A stretch of 64,000 nt of DNA from Planctomycetota bacterium (lineage in GTDB: Bacteria > Planctomycetota > UBA1135 > GCA-002686595). The stretch lies in the NCBI GenBank assembly GCA_002686595.1, contig NYXZ01000127.1, forward strand, positions 2,702-66,701, in the 5' to 3' direction. Positions within the stretch are counted from its first letter, which is position 1; each line of letters opens with the position of its first letter. The notes under the pieces are model-generated. The model was not told where the DNA came from. It saw only the letters and a list, made by a program, of their open reading frames with translations, and made no database searches. Positions 37,335 to 48,551 of the stretch are shown in pieces. A program made the translations under genes and the position numbers.

Positions 37335-40193
37335 CTACAGGAAGGAAATCTCCTGGGCATCCGAGAGGTCAGTGCTGCCGACCGCGCTATCGCGGAACCA
37401 GGCCTGGAAGTTCCAGGTGGAGCCGACGGTAATGGTACCGGCCACGGCGGGCGGGTTAGCCAGATCGACCATGGTGCTCATGAAGCCAGTTCCCGAACCG
37501 TTGTCGAGGACCTGGACCGGCGGCATGATCCGGAAGTTGCCCGGACCGATGCAGCGAATACCATTGCCCAGGGGCACGGAGTTCTGGTTCTGACCGTAGA
37601 AGAAGATACCGGTTTCCCCGATGGGAGCCGGGCCCGCTGCCAGCGACAGGTTGTTATCCGCCACCACATCACTACCGGCGGAGGCGATGATCGCCGGGTA
37701 GCCGGTGGAGTTGGGTGTCGAGTAGCAGTAGTTCTGGCCGAGACCGAGGTCCTGGGCGAAGAAAGTCACCGTGCCGGCACCACCGCTGGAGCCGGGGAAG
37801 GTTCCCAACTGCAACGTGTAGGTCTGGCCCGCGACAACATTGCCGTAGACAGTGGATTGGAGCCCACAATCGTCGTCGTTACAGGCGATCGGCGCACCCG
37901 TGGGGCAGCCGGCGCCATCGTACATGGCCATCTTCGTGTCGACTCCGGTCTGGGAACAGACCGTGGCCACCAGGATGCCGTTGACGGCCGAGGTGTACTC
38001 GTACCACAGGTCGTTGTCGATGGCAGTCGTGCCGAAGAAGTCACACTCCGCATTCGCCTGGCCTTCGGCACCGGTGGTGGCGAGGGTCGAGTCGAAGGGA
38101 TAGGTGCCATCGCCGACAACTTCCGCCGCCGTACACTCGTCGTTGGCCGGGCCGCTGACGCTGGTGTTGATATCCAACACGCCGTTGGCGCCGCCGCCGG
38201 AGCTGAAGTTGGCCACCTGGATAGGGTAGACATTGCCGGCCGTGACCGGAACCACAACCTCGGAGAGGAGGCCGCAGGAGTCATCGTTACAGGCGATGGG
38301 CTCGGCCGTGGGGCAAACAGCACCGTCATAGACGGCCAGCTTGGTGTCGCCGGAGTTGGCGCAGAGGCTGACCACTGCATCTCCGGTGACCCCAGCCGTC
38401 CAGGCGAACCAGACATCGTCATTCATGTCCGGCTGGCCGAAGAAGTCACAGGCGGCATTGGCCTGGCCTTCAGCGCCATTGGTGGCACAGACGGTGTCAA
38501 AGGCGAAGGAACCGTCGCCGGCAATGGCATCGGGCGTTGCACAATCATCGTTACCCGGAGCCGAGCAGCCACCCGCGGTATTGATGTTGAGGGTGCCTGT
38601 GCCGCTGTTGGTGCCGTAGCCGCCAACCTGCACGCGGACTGTGTCGCCGGAGAGAACGCCGTTTAGCGTGACAGAGGACTGAAGTCCACAGGAGTCATCG
38701 TTGCTTCCGATGCAACCGCCGCCGCCGCAACTGCCATCCGCGTGGAGGGCCAGCTTGGTGTCGAAGCTGCTGCCGCAAAGGTCGAAGGTGACATCGCCAT
38801 CGGAGCCGGCGGTCCACCGGTACCACTTGTCTAATCCAATAGAGGTGCAATCCTGATTGGCACTGGTGGTGTGGTTGGAAGTGTCGAAAGCGAAGGAGCC
38901 GTCGCCGGAGATGGCAGTGGCGCAGTCACAGTCGTCATCGGTAGTACAACCGCCACCGGCCGTGCTGATATCCAGGTTGCCGTTGGCACCGCCACCGGCG
39001 CTGAAGTTGGCCACCTGGATATAGTAGACATTGCCGGCCGTGACCGGAACCAGAACCTCGGAGAGGAGGCCGCAGGAGTCATCGTTACAGGCGATGGGCT
39101 CGGCCGTGGGACAGACATCGCCGTCATAGACGGCCAGCTTGGTGTCGCCACTGGCGTTACAAAGCGTGATTGTGGCATCGCCGGAGGAGCCCGCGGTCCA
39201 GCTGAACCAGACATCGTCGTTCATGCTCGTCTGACCGAAGAAGTTACAGGCCGCATTTGCCTGACCCTCGGCGCCGGTGGTGGCACCGCTGGTGTCAAAG
39301 GCGAAGGAGCCGTCACCAGCGATATCGGTGGCACAGGCGCAGTCGTCGTTGCTGGCGCAACCGCCGCCGGCGCAAGCACCGGCCAGGTCACTGTTCAGGC
39401 TCAGGTAGAAACCGGCGAAGGGATTGCCGCCGAACCAGTAGCAACCGCCGCCGTCGATGACGAATAGGTTCTGGTTGCCGGCACCGGAGCCGTCATTGCC
39501 CGGGTTCTGCCAGGCCGTGCCGTCACCCGTGGCGCAGGCGGGGCCGCCGGCCATCAGGGGACCGGCATTGTTGCCGGCTGCATCGGGGAAGGTGAAGGTG
39601 TAACCGAAGTTGTCCAGGGTCGGGTCGCCACCATAGGTGCCGTCCGCGTCCCCGTTGATGCAGAACTCCATGCCAGTCAGGTCGATGGTGACCGTGTGGC
39701 AAGAGAAACCGGCCGGGTCGGAGCCGGGTAGGCCCGTCAGGTCGAAGGTCACGAGGGGAGCTTCACTGCTCGCCAGGTCGCCGCAGGGATCGTAGTCCTG
39801 GATGATGCTGACGATAATGCGTGTTCCTGGACCGCCAATGGCCGGGTCGTCCGCACTCGTACAGTAACTGATATTAAAGGAGTTGATCGTGTAGGAGTCC
39901 TGGCTGCCGCCGGAACCGGTACTGAGGATTTGGCCCTCGTCGATTAGTGTGCTTCCGTCCGAGATGTTGTAGTAGAAGCCAAGGGGGCAGGTGTTGTGGT
40001 ACACAACGCCGCCGACACCGGCGTTCTGGGTCGTGCCCACTAGGCTGGCCTTGGTGAAGGTGCCCGTGGCCAGGTGGTAGACACCGGAGTAGGTCGGGGC
40101 GGGGCAAGATTGCATCGCCTGGGTTGTGGTTTGGGCAAAGGCCGCTCCTGAGAGGAGTAGGGCGCCGCCCATGAACATGGAAGTTCGAAACAT
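37335..40193 (-). CDS. Large exported protein: novel N-domain, four ~125-aa Cys-rich PPC-like repeats, shared C-terminal module
   Basis: Signal peptide ...GAAFA/QT. There are four repeats with the pattern NDDC..A..I.GDGSFAFDT...AEGQANA.C.FFG...NDDVWF.WTA...DTKLAVYDG..CP...PIACNDDSCGL.S. They span roughly aa 282-412, 418-541, 548-678 and 684-815. The C-terminal 132 aa are homologous to the tail of the 411-aa protein. Confidence 0.8.
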   Translation of the reverse strand: MFRTSMFMGGALLLSGAAFAQTTTQAMQSCPAPTYSGVYHLATGTFTKASLVGTTQNAGVGGVVYHNTCPLGFYYNISDGSTLIDEGQILSTGSGGSQDSYTINSFNISYCTSADDPAIGGPGTRIIVSIIQDYDPCGDLASSEAPLVTFDLTGLPGSDPAGFSCHTVTIDLTGMEFCINGDADGTYGGDPTLDNFGYTFTFPDAAGNNAGPLMAGGPACATGDGTAWQNPGNDGSGAGNQNLFVIDGGGCYWFGGNPFAGFYLSLNSDLAGACAGGGCASNDDCACATDIAGDGSFAFDTSGATTGAEGQANAACNFFGQTSMNDDVWFSWTAGSSGDATITLCNASGDTKLAVYDGDVCPTAEPIACNDDSCGLLSEVLVPVTAGNVYYIQVANFSAGGGANGNLDISTAGGGCTTDDDCDCATAISGDGSFAFDTSNHTTSANQDCTSIGLDKWYRWTAGSDGDVTFDLCGSSFDTKLALHADGSCGGGGCIGSNDDSCGLQSSVTLNGVLSGDTVRVQVGGYGTNSGTGTLNINTAGGCSAPGNDDCATPDAIAGDGSFAFDTVCATNGAEGQANAACDFFGQPDMNDDVWFAWTAGVTGDAVVSLCANSGDTKLAVYDGAVCPTAEPIACNDDSCGLLSEVVVPVTAGNVYPIQVANFSSGGGANGVLDINTSVSGPANDECTAAEVVGDGTYPFDSTLATTGAEGQANAECDFFGTTAIDNDLWYEYTSAVNGILVATVCSQTGVDTKMAMYDGAGCPTGAPIACNDDDCGLQSTVYGNVVAGQTYTLQLGTFPGSSGGAGTVTFFAQDLGLGQNYCYSTPNSTGYPAIIASAGSDVVADNNLSLAAGPAPIGETGIFFYGQNQNSVPLGNGIRCIGPGNFRIMPPVQVLDNGSGTGFMSTMVDLANPPAVAGTITVGSTWNFQAWFRDSAVGSTDLSDAQEISFL
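38203..38351. repeat. Intragenic near-identical direct repeat, copy A
   Basis: My manual alignment to 39001..39149 finds about 7 mismatches in 149 nt. The offset is 798 bp, which equals 266 codons or two repeat units. Confidence 0.85.
39001..39149. repeat. Intragenic near-identical direct repeat, copy B
   Basis: Partner of 38203..38351. Both encode ...KLAVYDG.VCPTAEPIACNDDSCGLLSEV.VPVTAGNVY.IQVANFS. Confidence 0.85.
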
Positions 40194-40666
40194 GGTTTTG
40201 AGTCCTTGAGATTTTTGGGGGATGCGTGAGGGTCACGCGTGATTCCGGTCGGGTGCCCTATTTGCCGCGCATGCAGGCCCCACAGAACCTCACCTTGCGG
40301 AGAGGGGGGAGGGCCCGCACAGGGCACCCGGGAACCACCGGGGTTTTCCAATCTGGGTGAATCATCCCATAGAAATCCTGTTTTGGGGGAACAAAGGAGG
40401 TGCGACTCAGAAGTCGTCCGGCGGGGGGTGGGGCTGGGGGAAGCCCGGGGAGCGTGGGGTGGCTCTGGAAGTTGTTGCTGGGGCACGTGTTATGACCGCG
40501 AACGGGCTGTTTTGGGGCTGTTTGCTGGGAGATTGCAAAACGGCCAGCGGACGCGATTTTACGGGAGATCAAGCCCGGGCCTCGATCATCCGAAAACAGG
40601 TCACGACGGAAGCGGCTTCGAGTCCGGTTCCAGCCCATTTAGCAGAACATCTCAAGGACGAGCGCC

Positions 40667-41026
40667 ATGGCAGCCATCCCCGACCGGCAACCCCCTTCAC
40701 CCCCCTTACCTCCCTCGGCGGGCAGGCCAGCCGTTGGAGCTCAGCCCATGGGGGTCGGAAATGTTGCCGCTGATGATCGCCGAGGTGGCGACCGCCGCTC
40801 CATTGACGGAGTGCTCAGGCTGCGGGTGGATTCACCGCACCTAGATGGCAAGGCGGAGAATATCTCTGATAGCGGCATCCTCTTTTTCACTGACCGTCCA
40901 CTGCGAGTGACGGTGGAGTTGGAGGAGGACGGTGTATTGCGTTCCCGCTCAGGGCGCCTGGTGCGTGCCCAACGGATCAAGGGGGACACAACCGGCTGGG
41001 CCGTCGAGTTCGACGAGCAGGGCTAG
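40667..41026 (+). CDS. Single-domain PilZ protein (putative c-di-GMP receptor)
   Basis: RRGGDRR (an RxxxR-type motif) is followed by ENISDSGILF (D/N-x-S-x-x-G). Length 119 aa, with AAGGA 9 nt upstream of the ATG. The start is not certain. Confidence 0.6.
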   Translation: MAAIPDRQPPSPPLPPSAGRPAVGAQPMGVGNVAADDRRGGDRRSIDGVLRLRVDSPHLDGKAENISDSGILFFTDRPLRVTVELEEDGVLRSRSGRLVRAQRIKGDTTGWAVEFDEQG

Positions 41027-41072
41027 CCAGCGGCAGCTATCGAAAAGCTACCGAGGCGGGCGCTGGGCGTGC

Positions 41073-42542
41073 TCAGGGGAAAAAGTCCAGCAGGACCCGC
41101 GGGAAGCAGCCCAGGTAGATGACGCCGGCGGCGCAGAGGACGGCGGCGATGGCCGCTGGGGCGCGACGGGTGATGGGTGGCAGGAGATCGTCAGGCCGCG
41201 GACGCATGTACATGGCCACGATGATGCGCAGGTAATAGGCCAGGGCCACGACGGAGAGCAGGACGCCGACGACGGCCACGGCGAGCATGTCAGCTCGCAC
41301 CAACACCGCAAAGACCAGGTACTTGCCGAGGAACCCACCGGTGGCGGGGATGCCACCTAGGGAGAGCAGGAAGAGTGACAGGCCGGCGGCCAGGAACGGC
41401 CGCTTGTCCGCCAAGCCCGCCATGGAGGAGAGTTCCAGGCGCTCATCCCCATCGCCTTCGAGCAGGGACAGCAGGCCGAAGGCTCCGGCGCCGGTTACCG
41501 CATAGGCGGCCATGTAGAAGAGCACCGCTTGCATGGGAGCGCCGCCGTCTGCGCCCTGGAGTGGATCGCCGCGCAGGGCGCCGGCCAGGGCCAGCAACAC
41601 CGTGCCCGCATGGGCCACCCCGGAGTAGGCCAGCATGCGTTTCACATTGGTTTGTACCAGGGCGCCGAGGTTGCCGAGGGCCATGGTGACCAGGGCCGTG
41701 ACCGCCACGACGCCGGCGGCGGCGGCCGGCAGCAGGAAGGCGGCGTGGAGCAGGAAGGCGAAGGCGGCTGCCTTGGTGCCCGTGGCCATCAGGATCGTCA
41801 CCGGCGTCGGGCTGCCCTGGTAGACATCCGGGGCCCAGAGGTGGAAGGGGAAGACGCTGGTCTTGAAGAACAGGCTGGCGGCGATCAGGGCCACGCCGGC
41901 GGCGGCCAGGGGCGTGCCCAGGCCAGCGGCGCGCAACTCCGGCAGGGAGAGGGTTCCGGTGGCTCCGTAGAGCAGGGCCGAACCGTAGAGGAAGAGGGCG
42001 GCGGCGAAGGCTCCCAGGATGAAGTACTTCAGGCCGGCTTCCACGGCGTCGCTGCGGGCGCGGCGGAAGGCCGCCAGAATGTAGAGGGGCACCGAGAGGG
42101 TTTCGAGACCGATGAAGAACACGATCAGATCGCGAGCTCCGGCCATCACGAGCATGCCCAAACAAGCGGTGAGCAGCAGGCAATCGTGCTCCGCCAGAAA
42201 CGCCCGTTCCCGTTTGTAGTAGCCGCGGCCGAAAGCCCAGGCCAGGCCCGTGGAGGCCAGGAAGATCAGGCCCCAGAGGGAGTTGACTCCGCCGCTGGCA
42301 AAGGTGCCGGAAAAGGCCAGGGTGCTGGGCAGTTCCAGGCTCGCTTGCAGCAGGCTGGCGGCTCCTCCCAGGGTAGCCAGGAAGATGGCGCCGCGGGTGC
42401 GGGCGCCCAGGGTGAACATGTCCGCGACGAGCAGCGCCAGAATGCCACAGGCCAGGACGATGAGCGGCGCGCCGGCACCGAGGGCGCCTGCGCCGAAGGC
42501 GTCGGTCGTGGGCGGGAAAACTGTGGCGTTGGCGAGGAACAT
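41073..42542 (-). CDS. nuoN: NADH-quinone oxidoreductase subunit N
   Basis: A polytopic antiporter-like subunit and the last gene of the nuo string. Its start overlaps the nuoM stop (TGATG). Confidence 0.9.
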   Translation of the reverse strand: MFLANATVFPPTTDAFGAGALGAGAPLIVLACGILALLVADMFTLGARTRGAIFLATLGGAASLLQASLELPSTLAFSGTFASGGVNSLWGLIFLASTGLAWAFGRGYYKRERAFLAEHDCLLLTACLGMLVMAGARDLIVFFIGLETLSVPLYILAAFRRARSDAVEAGLKYFILGAFAAALFLYGSALLYGATGTLSLPELRAAGLGTPLAAAGVALIAASLFFKTSVFPFHLWAPDVYQGSPTPVTILMATGTKAAAFAFLLHAAFLLPAAAAGVVAVTALVTMALGNLGALVQTNVKRMLAYSGVAHAGTVLLALAGALRGDPLQGADGGAPMQAVLFYMAAYAVTGAGAFGLLSLLEGDGDERLELSSMAGLADKRPFLAAGLSLFLLSLGGIPATGGFLGKYLVFAVLVRADMLAVAVVGVLLSVVALAYYLRIIVAMYMRPRPDDLLPPITRRAPAAIAAVLCAAGVIYLGCFPRVLLDFFP

Positions 42543-44199
42543 CAGCGGTCGCCTCCGGAGGTGACTAGGTGGCTGGTCGTCTGGGGGGCAAGCGTAATCA
42601 CCTTGCTGATGGGCGTGGTCTGCTGTGTCTCCAAGGGCATCCTGTCGGTGGCCGCTGCGCCCTCGTCAACTTCATCAGAAGCATCGAGTTCTGCCAGAGC
42701 AGAGTTGCTTTCATCGAGCAGGGCCAGCCGGTGGCGGGCGTGTTCGATGCGCTCCACTATGGCGTCGAGGGCCGGGGCGCTCTTGGCGAGGAAGGGGCGC
42801 GGGGCGATGCCGATCCAGAAGATAAGAACCACGATGGGGAGCATCAGGCCGATCTCGCGGCCGTTGAGGTCGCCCAGTTTGCGGTTCTCCTCGTGGGTGA
42901 TGGGGCCAAAGAGCATGCGGCGCGTGGCGGTCAAGAGATAGACGGCGCCGAAGATCACACCGCTCACGCCCAGAATGCTCCACAGGGGGCTGGCCTCGAA
43001 GGCGCCCAGCAGGATCAGGTACTCGCCGACAAAACCGTTTAGGCCCGGCAGGCCCACGCTGGAGAGTACGGCCACGACCCAGAAGAGGGCGAAGCCGGGC
43101 AGGACCGCGGCCAGGCCACCGAACTGGTCCAGGGCGCGCGAGTGACGGCGCTCGTAAAGCATGCCCACCAACAGGAAGAGCAGGCCCGTGGAAAGGCCGT
43201 GGCTGACCATCTGGAGCAGGCCGCCGCGCAGGCCCGTGGCTGTCAAGGCGAACAGTCCCAGGACCACATAGCCCAGGTGGCTGACGGAGGAGCAGGCGAT
43301 CAGGCGCTTGATGTCGGTCTGGGCCATGGCCAGGAAGGCACCGTAGATGATGCCGATGGCGCCCAGGGCCATGAAGAGTGGCGCGGCGGTCACGGCGGCC
43401 TGGGGGAACATGGCGATGCCAAAACGCAACAGACCGTAGGTGCCCATCTTGAGCAGTACGCCGGCCAGGATCACCGAGCCCGAGGTGGGGGCTTCGGTGT
43501 GGGCGTCAGCCAGCCAGGTGTGGAAGGGAACCAGGGGCACCTTGATGGCGAAGGCCAGGGCGAAGGCGGCGAAGAGCCAGCCCTGGGTTGCCAGGTCCTG
43601 GGCATTGGCCCAGGCGGTCAAGACGGAGATGTCCGCCGTGCCGGCCTGGCCGATGGCGTGGATCACGGCCACCAACATCACCAAGCTGCCGGTGAGGGTG
43701 AAGAGGAAGAACTTGACCGTGGCGTAGAGGCGGCGCTCGCCACCCCAGATGCCCACCATGAAGTAGAGCGGGACCAGGCTGACTTCCCAGAAGAAGTAGA
43801 AGAGCACCAGGTCCTGGGCCAGGAACACGCCGAGCATGCCGGTCTCCATGACCAGCAACCAGATCATGAACTCCTTGACCCGTTTTGTGATGTGGCCCGG
43901 GGTCGAGAGCACGACGATTGGCATCAGGATCGCCGTCAGGCCAACCATCAGGACCGAGAGTCCATCCAGGCCCAGGGCGAAGCGGGTGGGGATGCCGCCG
44001 GGTAGGGTGAACCAGGCTGGGCCGCTGGAGCTCAGCAGGGCAGCGGGGTCGAACTCCCAACACAATCGTCCGCCAATCCAGGCGATGGCCAGGGTGACGG
44101 CGAGGGTCAGGCGGCGTTGGAGGAGGGCCGCGCCAGAGGGCGTCAGGAGCAGGGCCAGGACTCCCAGCAGGGGCAGGAGGGTGATCAGGAAGAGCTCGT

Positions 44200-44203
<4 letters not shown>
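42542..44203 (-). CDS. nuoM: NADH-quinone oxidoreductase subunit M (C-terminal extension)
   Basis: The start at MNELFLITLL forms an ATGA overlap with nuoL. The body is an antiporter-like TM protein. An extra hydrophilic C-terminal tail of about 70 aa is present. Confidence 0.9.
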
Positions 44204-46178
<1,975 letters not shown>

Positions 46179-46182
<4 letters not shown>

Positions 46183-46499
46183 CCCCTGAGCTCCCGGACT
46201 TGTGCGAGGGAGGCGGTTTGCTTGCGGCGGTAGAGGGCAATCACCAGGGCCAGGCCCACGGCGGCCTCAACGGCGGCCACCAGAATCACAAAGAGGGCGA
46301 AGACCGGTCCCGTGGGGTCTGGGCCGTCAGCGGTTTCGTGTAGGCGGCTGGCCGCCAGGAAGGTCAGGTTGGCGGCGTTGAGCATCAGCTCGATACACAT
46401 CAACACGATGATCACGTTGCGGCGCAGGAAGAAGCCGCAGGCTCCGATGGCGAACAGTACGCCGGCCAGCATGAAGAGGTGTTGAACGGGGACTGTCAT
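46179..46499 (-). CDS. nuoK: NADH-quinone oxidoreductase subunit K
   Basis: 106 aa with three TM helices and a conserved membrane Glu (CIELMLNAANL). Confidence 0.92.
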
Positions 46500-47047
46500 C
46501 GGTTGTCCTCCGCCTCTGTGTCGAGCAAGCCGGGTCGTTCACGCTTGGCCAGGACCAGGACGCCGACGGCGGCGGCCAGCAGCATCACCGAAGCCACTTC
46601 GAAGGGCAGTACATACTTGCCGAAGATGGCGTCCGCGAGCGTTTCGATCATGGCGCGGCCGCTGCCCGCCGGGACCGGGGAGAGATGGTCCGCGGGCAGG
46701 GCGTGGGCGGCGAGCAGGCCGAGTAGCAAAGCCGCGCCTGAGACCGCCAGGGCGACGCCGGTGGCTCGTCCGGGTTTGAAGAGTGGATCGGCCTGCGCCA
46801 CCTGTTCCGGATTGCCGAGGTTCAAAAGCATAATCACAAACAGGAACAGCACCATGATGGCGCCGCCGTAGACCAGGATCTGGATGGCCGCCATGAACTG
46901 GAAGCCGGCCAAGAGGTAGATCACCGCCAGCGAGAAGAAGGTGCCCAGCAGGGAGAGCACGCTATTGATGGGGCTGCGCGCGGACACGACGCCCAGGGCG
47001 CTGGCGATGGCGGCGACCGCACAGATGTAGAAGAGGATGTTTACCAT
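46496..47047 (-). CDS. nuoJ: NADH-quinone oxidoreductase subunit J
   Basis: 183 aa. MVNILFYICAVAAIASALGVV... is a typical NuoJ N-terminus. Confidence 0.9.
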   Translation of the reverse strand: MVNILFYICAVAAIASALGVVSARSPINSVLSLLGTFFSLAVIYLLAGFQFMAAIQILVYGGAIMVLFLFVIMLLNLGNPEQVAQADPLFKPGRATGVALAVSGAALLLGLLAAHALPADHLSPVPAGSGRAMIETLADAIFGKYVLPFEVASVMLLAAAVGVLVLAKRERPGLLDTEAEDNR

Positions 47048-47541
47048 CGCTCGTTGATCCCGTGGATGTAATCGATGCGTCGCTGCAGGGCGGGGCGTTG
47101 TCGGCGCAGTTGGTCCAAGCCGTAGACGAGGCTGGCTCGGTCGTAGTCGGCGAGTTCCAATTCACTGCTCATGAAGATGGCGTCCTTGGGACAGGCTTCC
47201 TCGCAGAAACCGCACAGGATGCAGCGCAGCATGTCGATCTCGAAGCGCTCTGGCTCGCGTTCGATGGGGCGGTCTGTTTCCTGGCCATCGATTGTAATGG
47301 CGTAGGCGGGACAGGCGGCTTCGCACAGACCGCAGGAAACGCAAGCGAGGTGGCCGTCCTGTCTCTCGACCAGGCGCGGCTGGCCGCGGGTCACGGCGGT
47401 TGTGGGCAGGGGCTCTTCCGGGTACTGACGGGTGATGCTCTTGCCGAACATCTTGGTCAGGGTGATGGAAAGGCCGCGGGCGATCTCCGGCAGGTAGAGT
47501 TTCTCCGCCAGGGAGAGTTCCTTGCGTTTGACGAGGGCCAC
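47041..47541 (-). CDS. nuoI: NADH-quinone oxidoreductase subunit I (2x[4Fe-4S] ferredoxin)
   Basis: CVSCGLCEAACP and CILCGFCEEACP are present. A GTG start at 47541 lies just after the nuoH stop. The longer ORF to 47619 overlaps nuoH. Confidence 0.9.
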   Translation of the reverse strand: MALVKRKELSLAEKLYLPEIARGLSITLTKMFGKSITRQYPEEPLPTTAVTRGQPRLVERQDGHLACVSCGLCEAACPAYAITIDGQETDRPIEREPERFEIDMLRCILCGFCEEACPKDAIFMSSELELADYDRASLVYGLDQLRRQRPALQRRIDYIHGINERW

Positions 47542-47543
47542 GC

Positions 47544-48551
47544 TCAGGCTCCTGTGAGGGAGAGCAGGGCTCCCGTGATGAAGAGGTTGAGGAGCGCCAG
47601 GGGCAGCATGACTTTCCATCCGAGCCCCATCAGTTGGTCAAAGCGCAGGCGTGGCAGAGTCCAACGCACCCAGATGTACAGGAACAGGAAGCAGGCGGTC
47701 TTGGCCATGAAGGCGGCCAGGCCCAATAGCCAGTGGGCCTCTGGCACAAACGGTACGGACCAGCCTCCGAGAAAAAGCGTCGTGGCCAGGCAGGCCATGA
47801 CCACCATGGCCGAGTACTCGCCGAGGAAGTACAGGCCGAACTTCATGGAGGAGTACTCCGTGTGGAAGCCGCCCACCAGCTCCGGCTCGCACTCGGCGAA
47901 ATCGAAGGGGTGGCGGTTGGTCTCGGCGAACATGGTGACCACGAACAGGCCGCAGGCCAGGGGTTGGCGCCAGATGTTCCAATCCGTGAAGGCCGCTTGG
48001 GCCTGCGCGATCTCGCGCAGGTCGAGGCTGCCGGTGACGGCGATGACGGCCACGATGGCCAGGATCATGGAGAGCTCGTAGCTGACCATTTGGGCCGAGG
48101 CGCGCAGGCCGCCGAGCAAGGAGTACTTCGAGTTGCTGGCCCAGCCGCCGAGGATGATGCCGTAGATCCCCAGGCCGCCCACCGCCAAGATGTAGAGGAC
48201 GCCGATATCGAGGTCGGCGATGGAGAGCTTGGTGGTGATGCCGAAGAGCTCCAGTTCACCGCCAAAGGGGATGACGGCCACGGTCATCATGGCCGGCAGG
48301 GCTGTCAAGGCCGGAGCAAAGCGGAACAGCAAACGGTTGGCGCCGGCGGGCAGGACTTCCTCTTTGAAGAACAGCTTCACACCGTCGGCCAGGGGCTGGA
48401 GGATGCCGCAGGGGCCGACGCGGTTGGGACCTTTTCGGTGTTGGATCCAGGCGGAGACCTTGCGTTCCGCCAGGGTCATCAGGGCGGCGGTGCCCAGCAG
48501 GCCTCCGTAGATGATGAGGACCTTGATCAGCCAGACCAGGATGGTGTTCAT
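47544..48551 (-). CDS. nuoH: NADH-quinone oxidoreductase subunit H
   Basis: AERKVSAWIQHRKGPNRVGPCGILQPLADGVKLF is the canonical NuoH/ND1 motif. Confidence 0.95.
   Translation of the reverse strand: MNTILVWLIKVLIIYGGLLGTAALMTLAERKVSAWIQHRKGPNRVGPCGILQPLADGVKLFFKEEVLPAGANRLLFRFAPALTALPAMMTVAVIPFGGELELFGITTKLSIADLDIGVLYILAVGGLGIYGIILGGWASNSKYSLLGGLRASAQMVSYELSMILAIVAVIAVTGSLDLREIAQAQAAFTDWNIWRQPLACGLFVVTMFAETNRHPFDFAECEPELVGGFHTEYSSMKFGLYFLGEYSAMVVMACLATTLFLGGWSVPFVPEAHWLLGLAAFMAKTACFLFLYIWVRWTLPRLRFDQLMGLGWKVMLPLALLNLFITGALLSLTGA

Noticed and set aside
37224-38666. 480-aa plus-strand ORF, with further ORFs at 38871..39467 and elsewhere
   Set aside because: It is antisense to the 952-aa repeat-protein gene. 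The minus frame has a signal peptide and four coherent repeats, while the plus frame is Gly/Ala/Val/Arg filler.
40614-40627. GGCTTCGAGTCCGG, resembling a tRNA/tmRNA T-loop (GGTTCGAGTCC)
   Set aside because: I could not fold an acceptor, D or anticodon arm from the flanks. The T-stem would be only 3 bp and no CCA or discriminator context is present.
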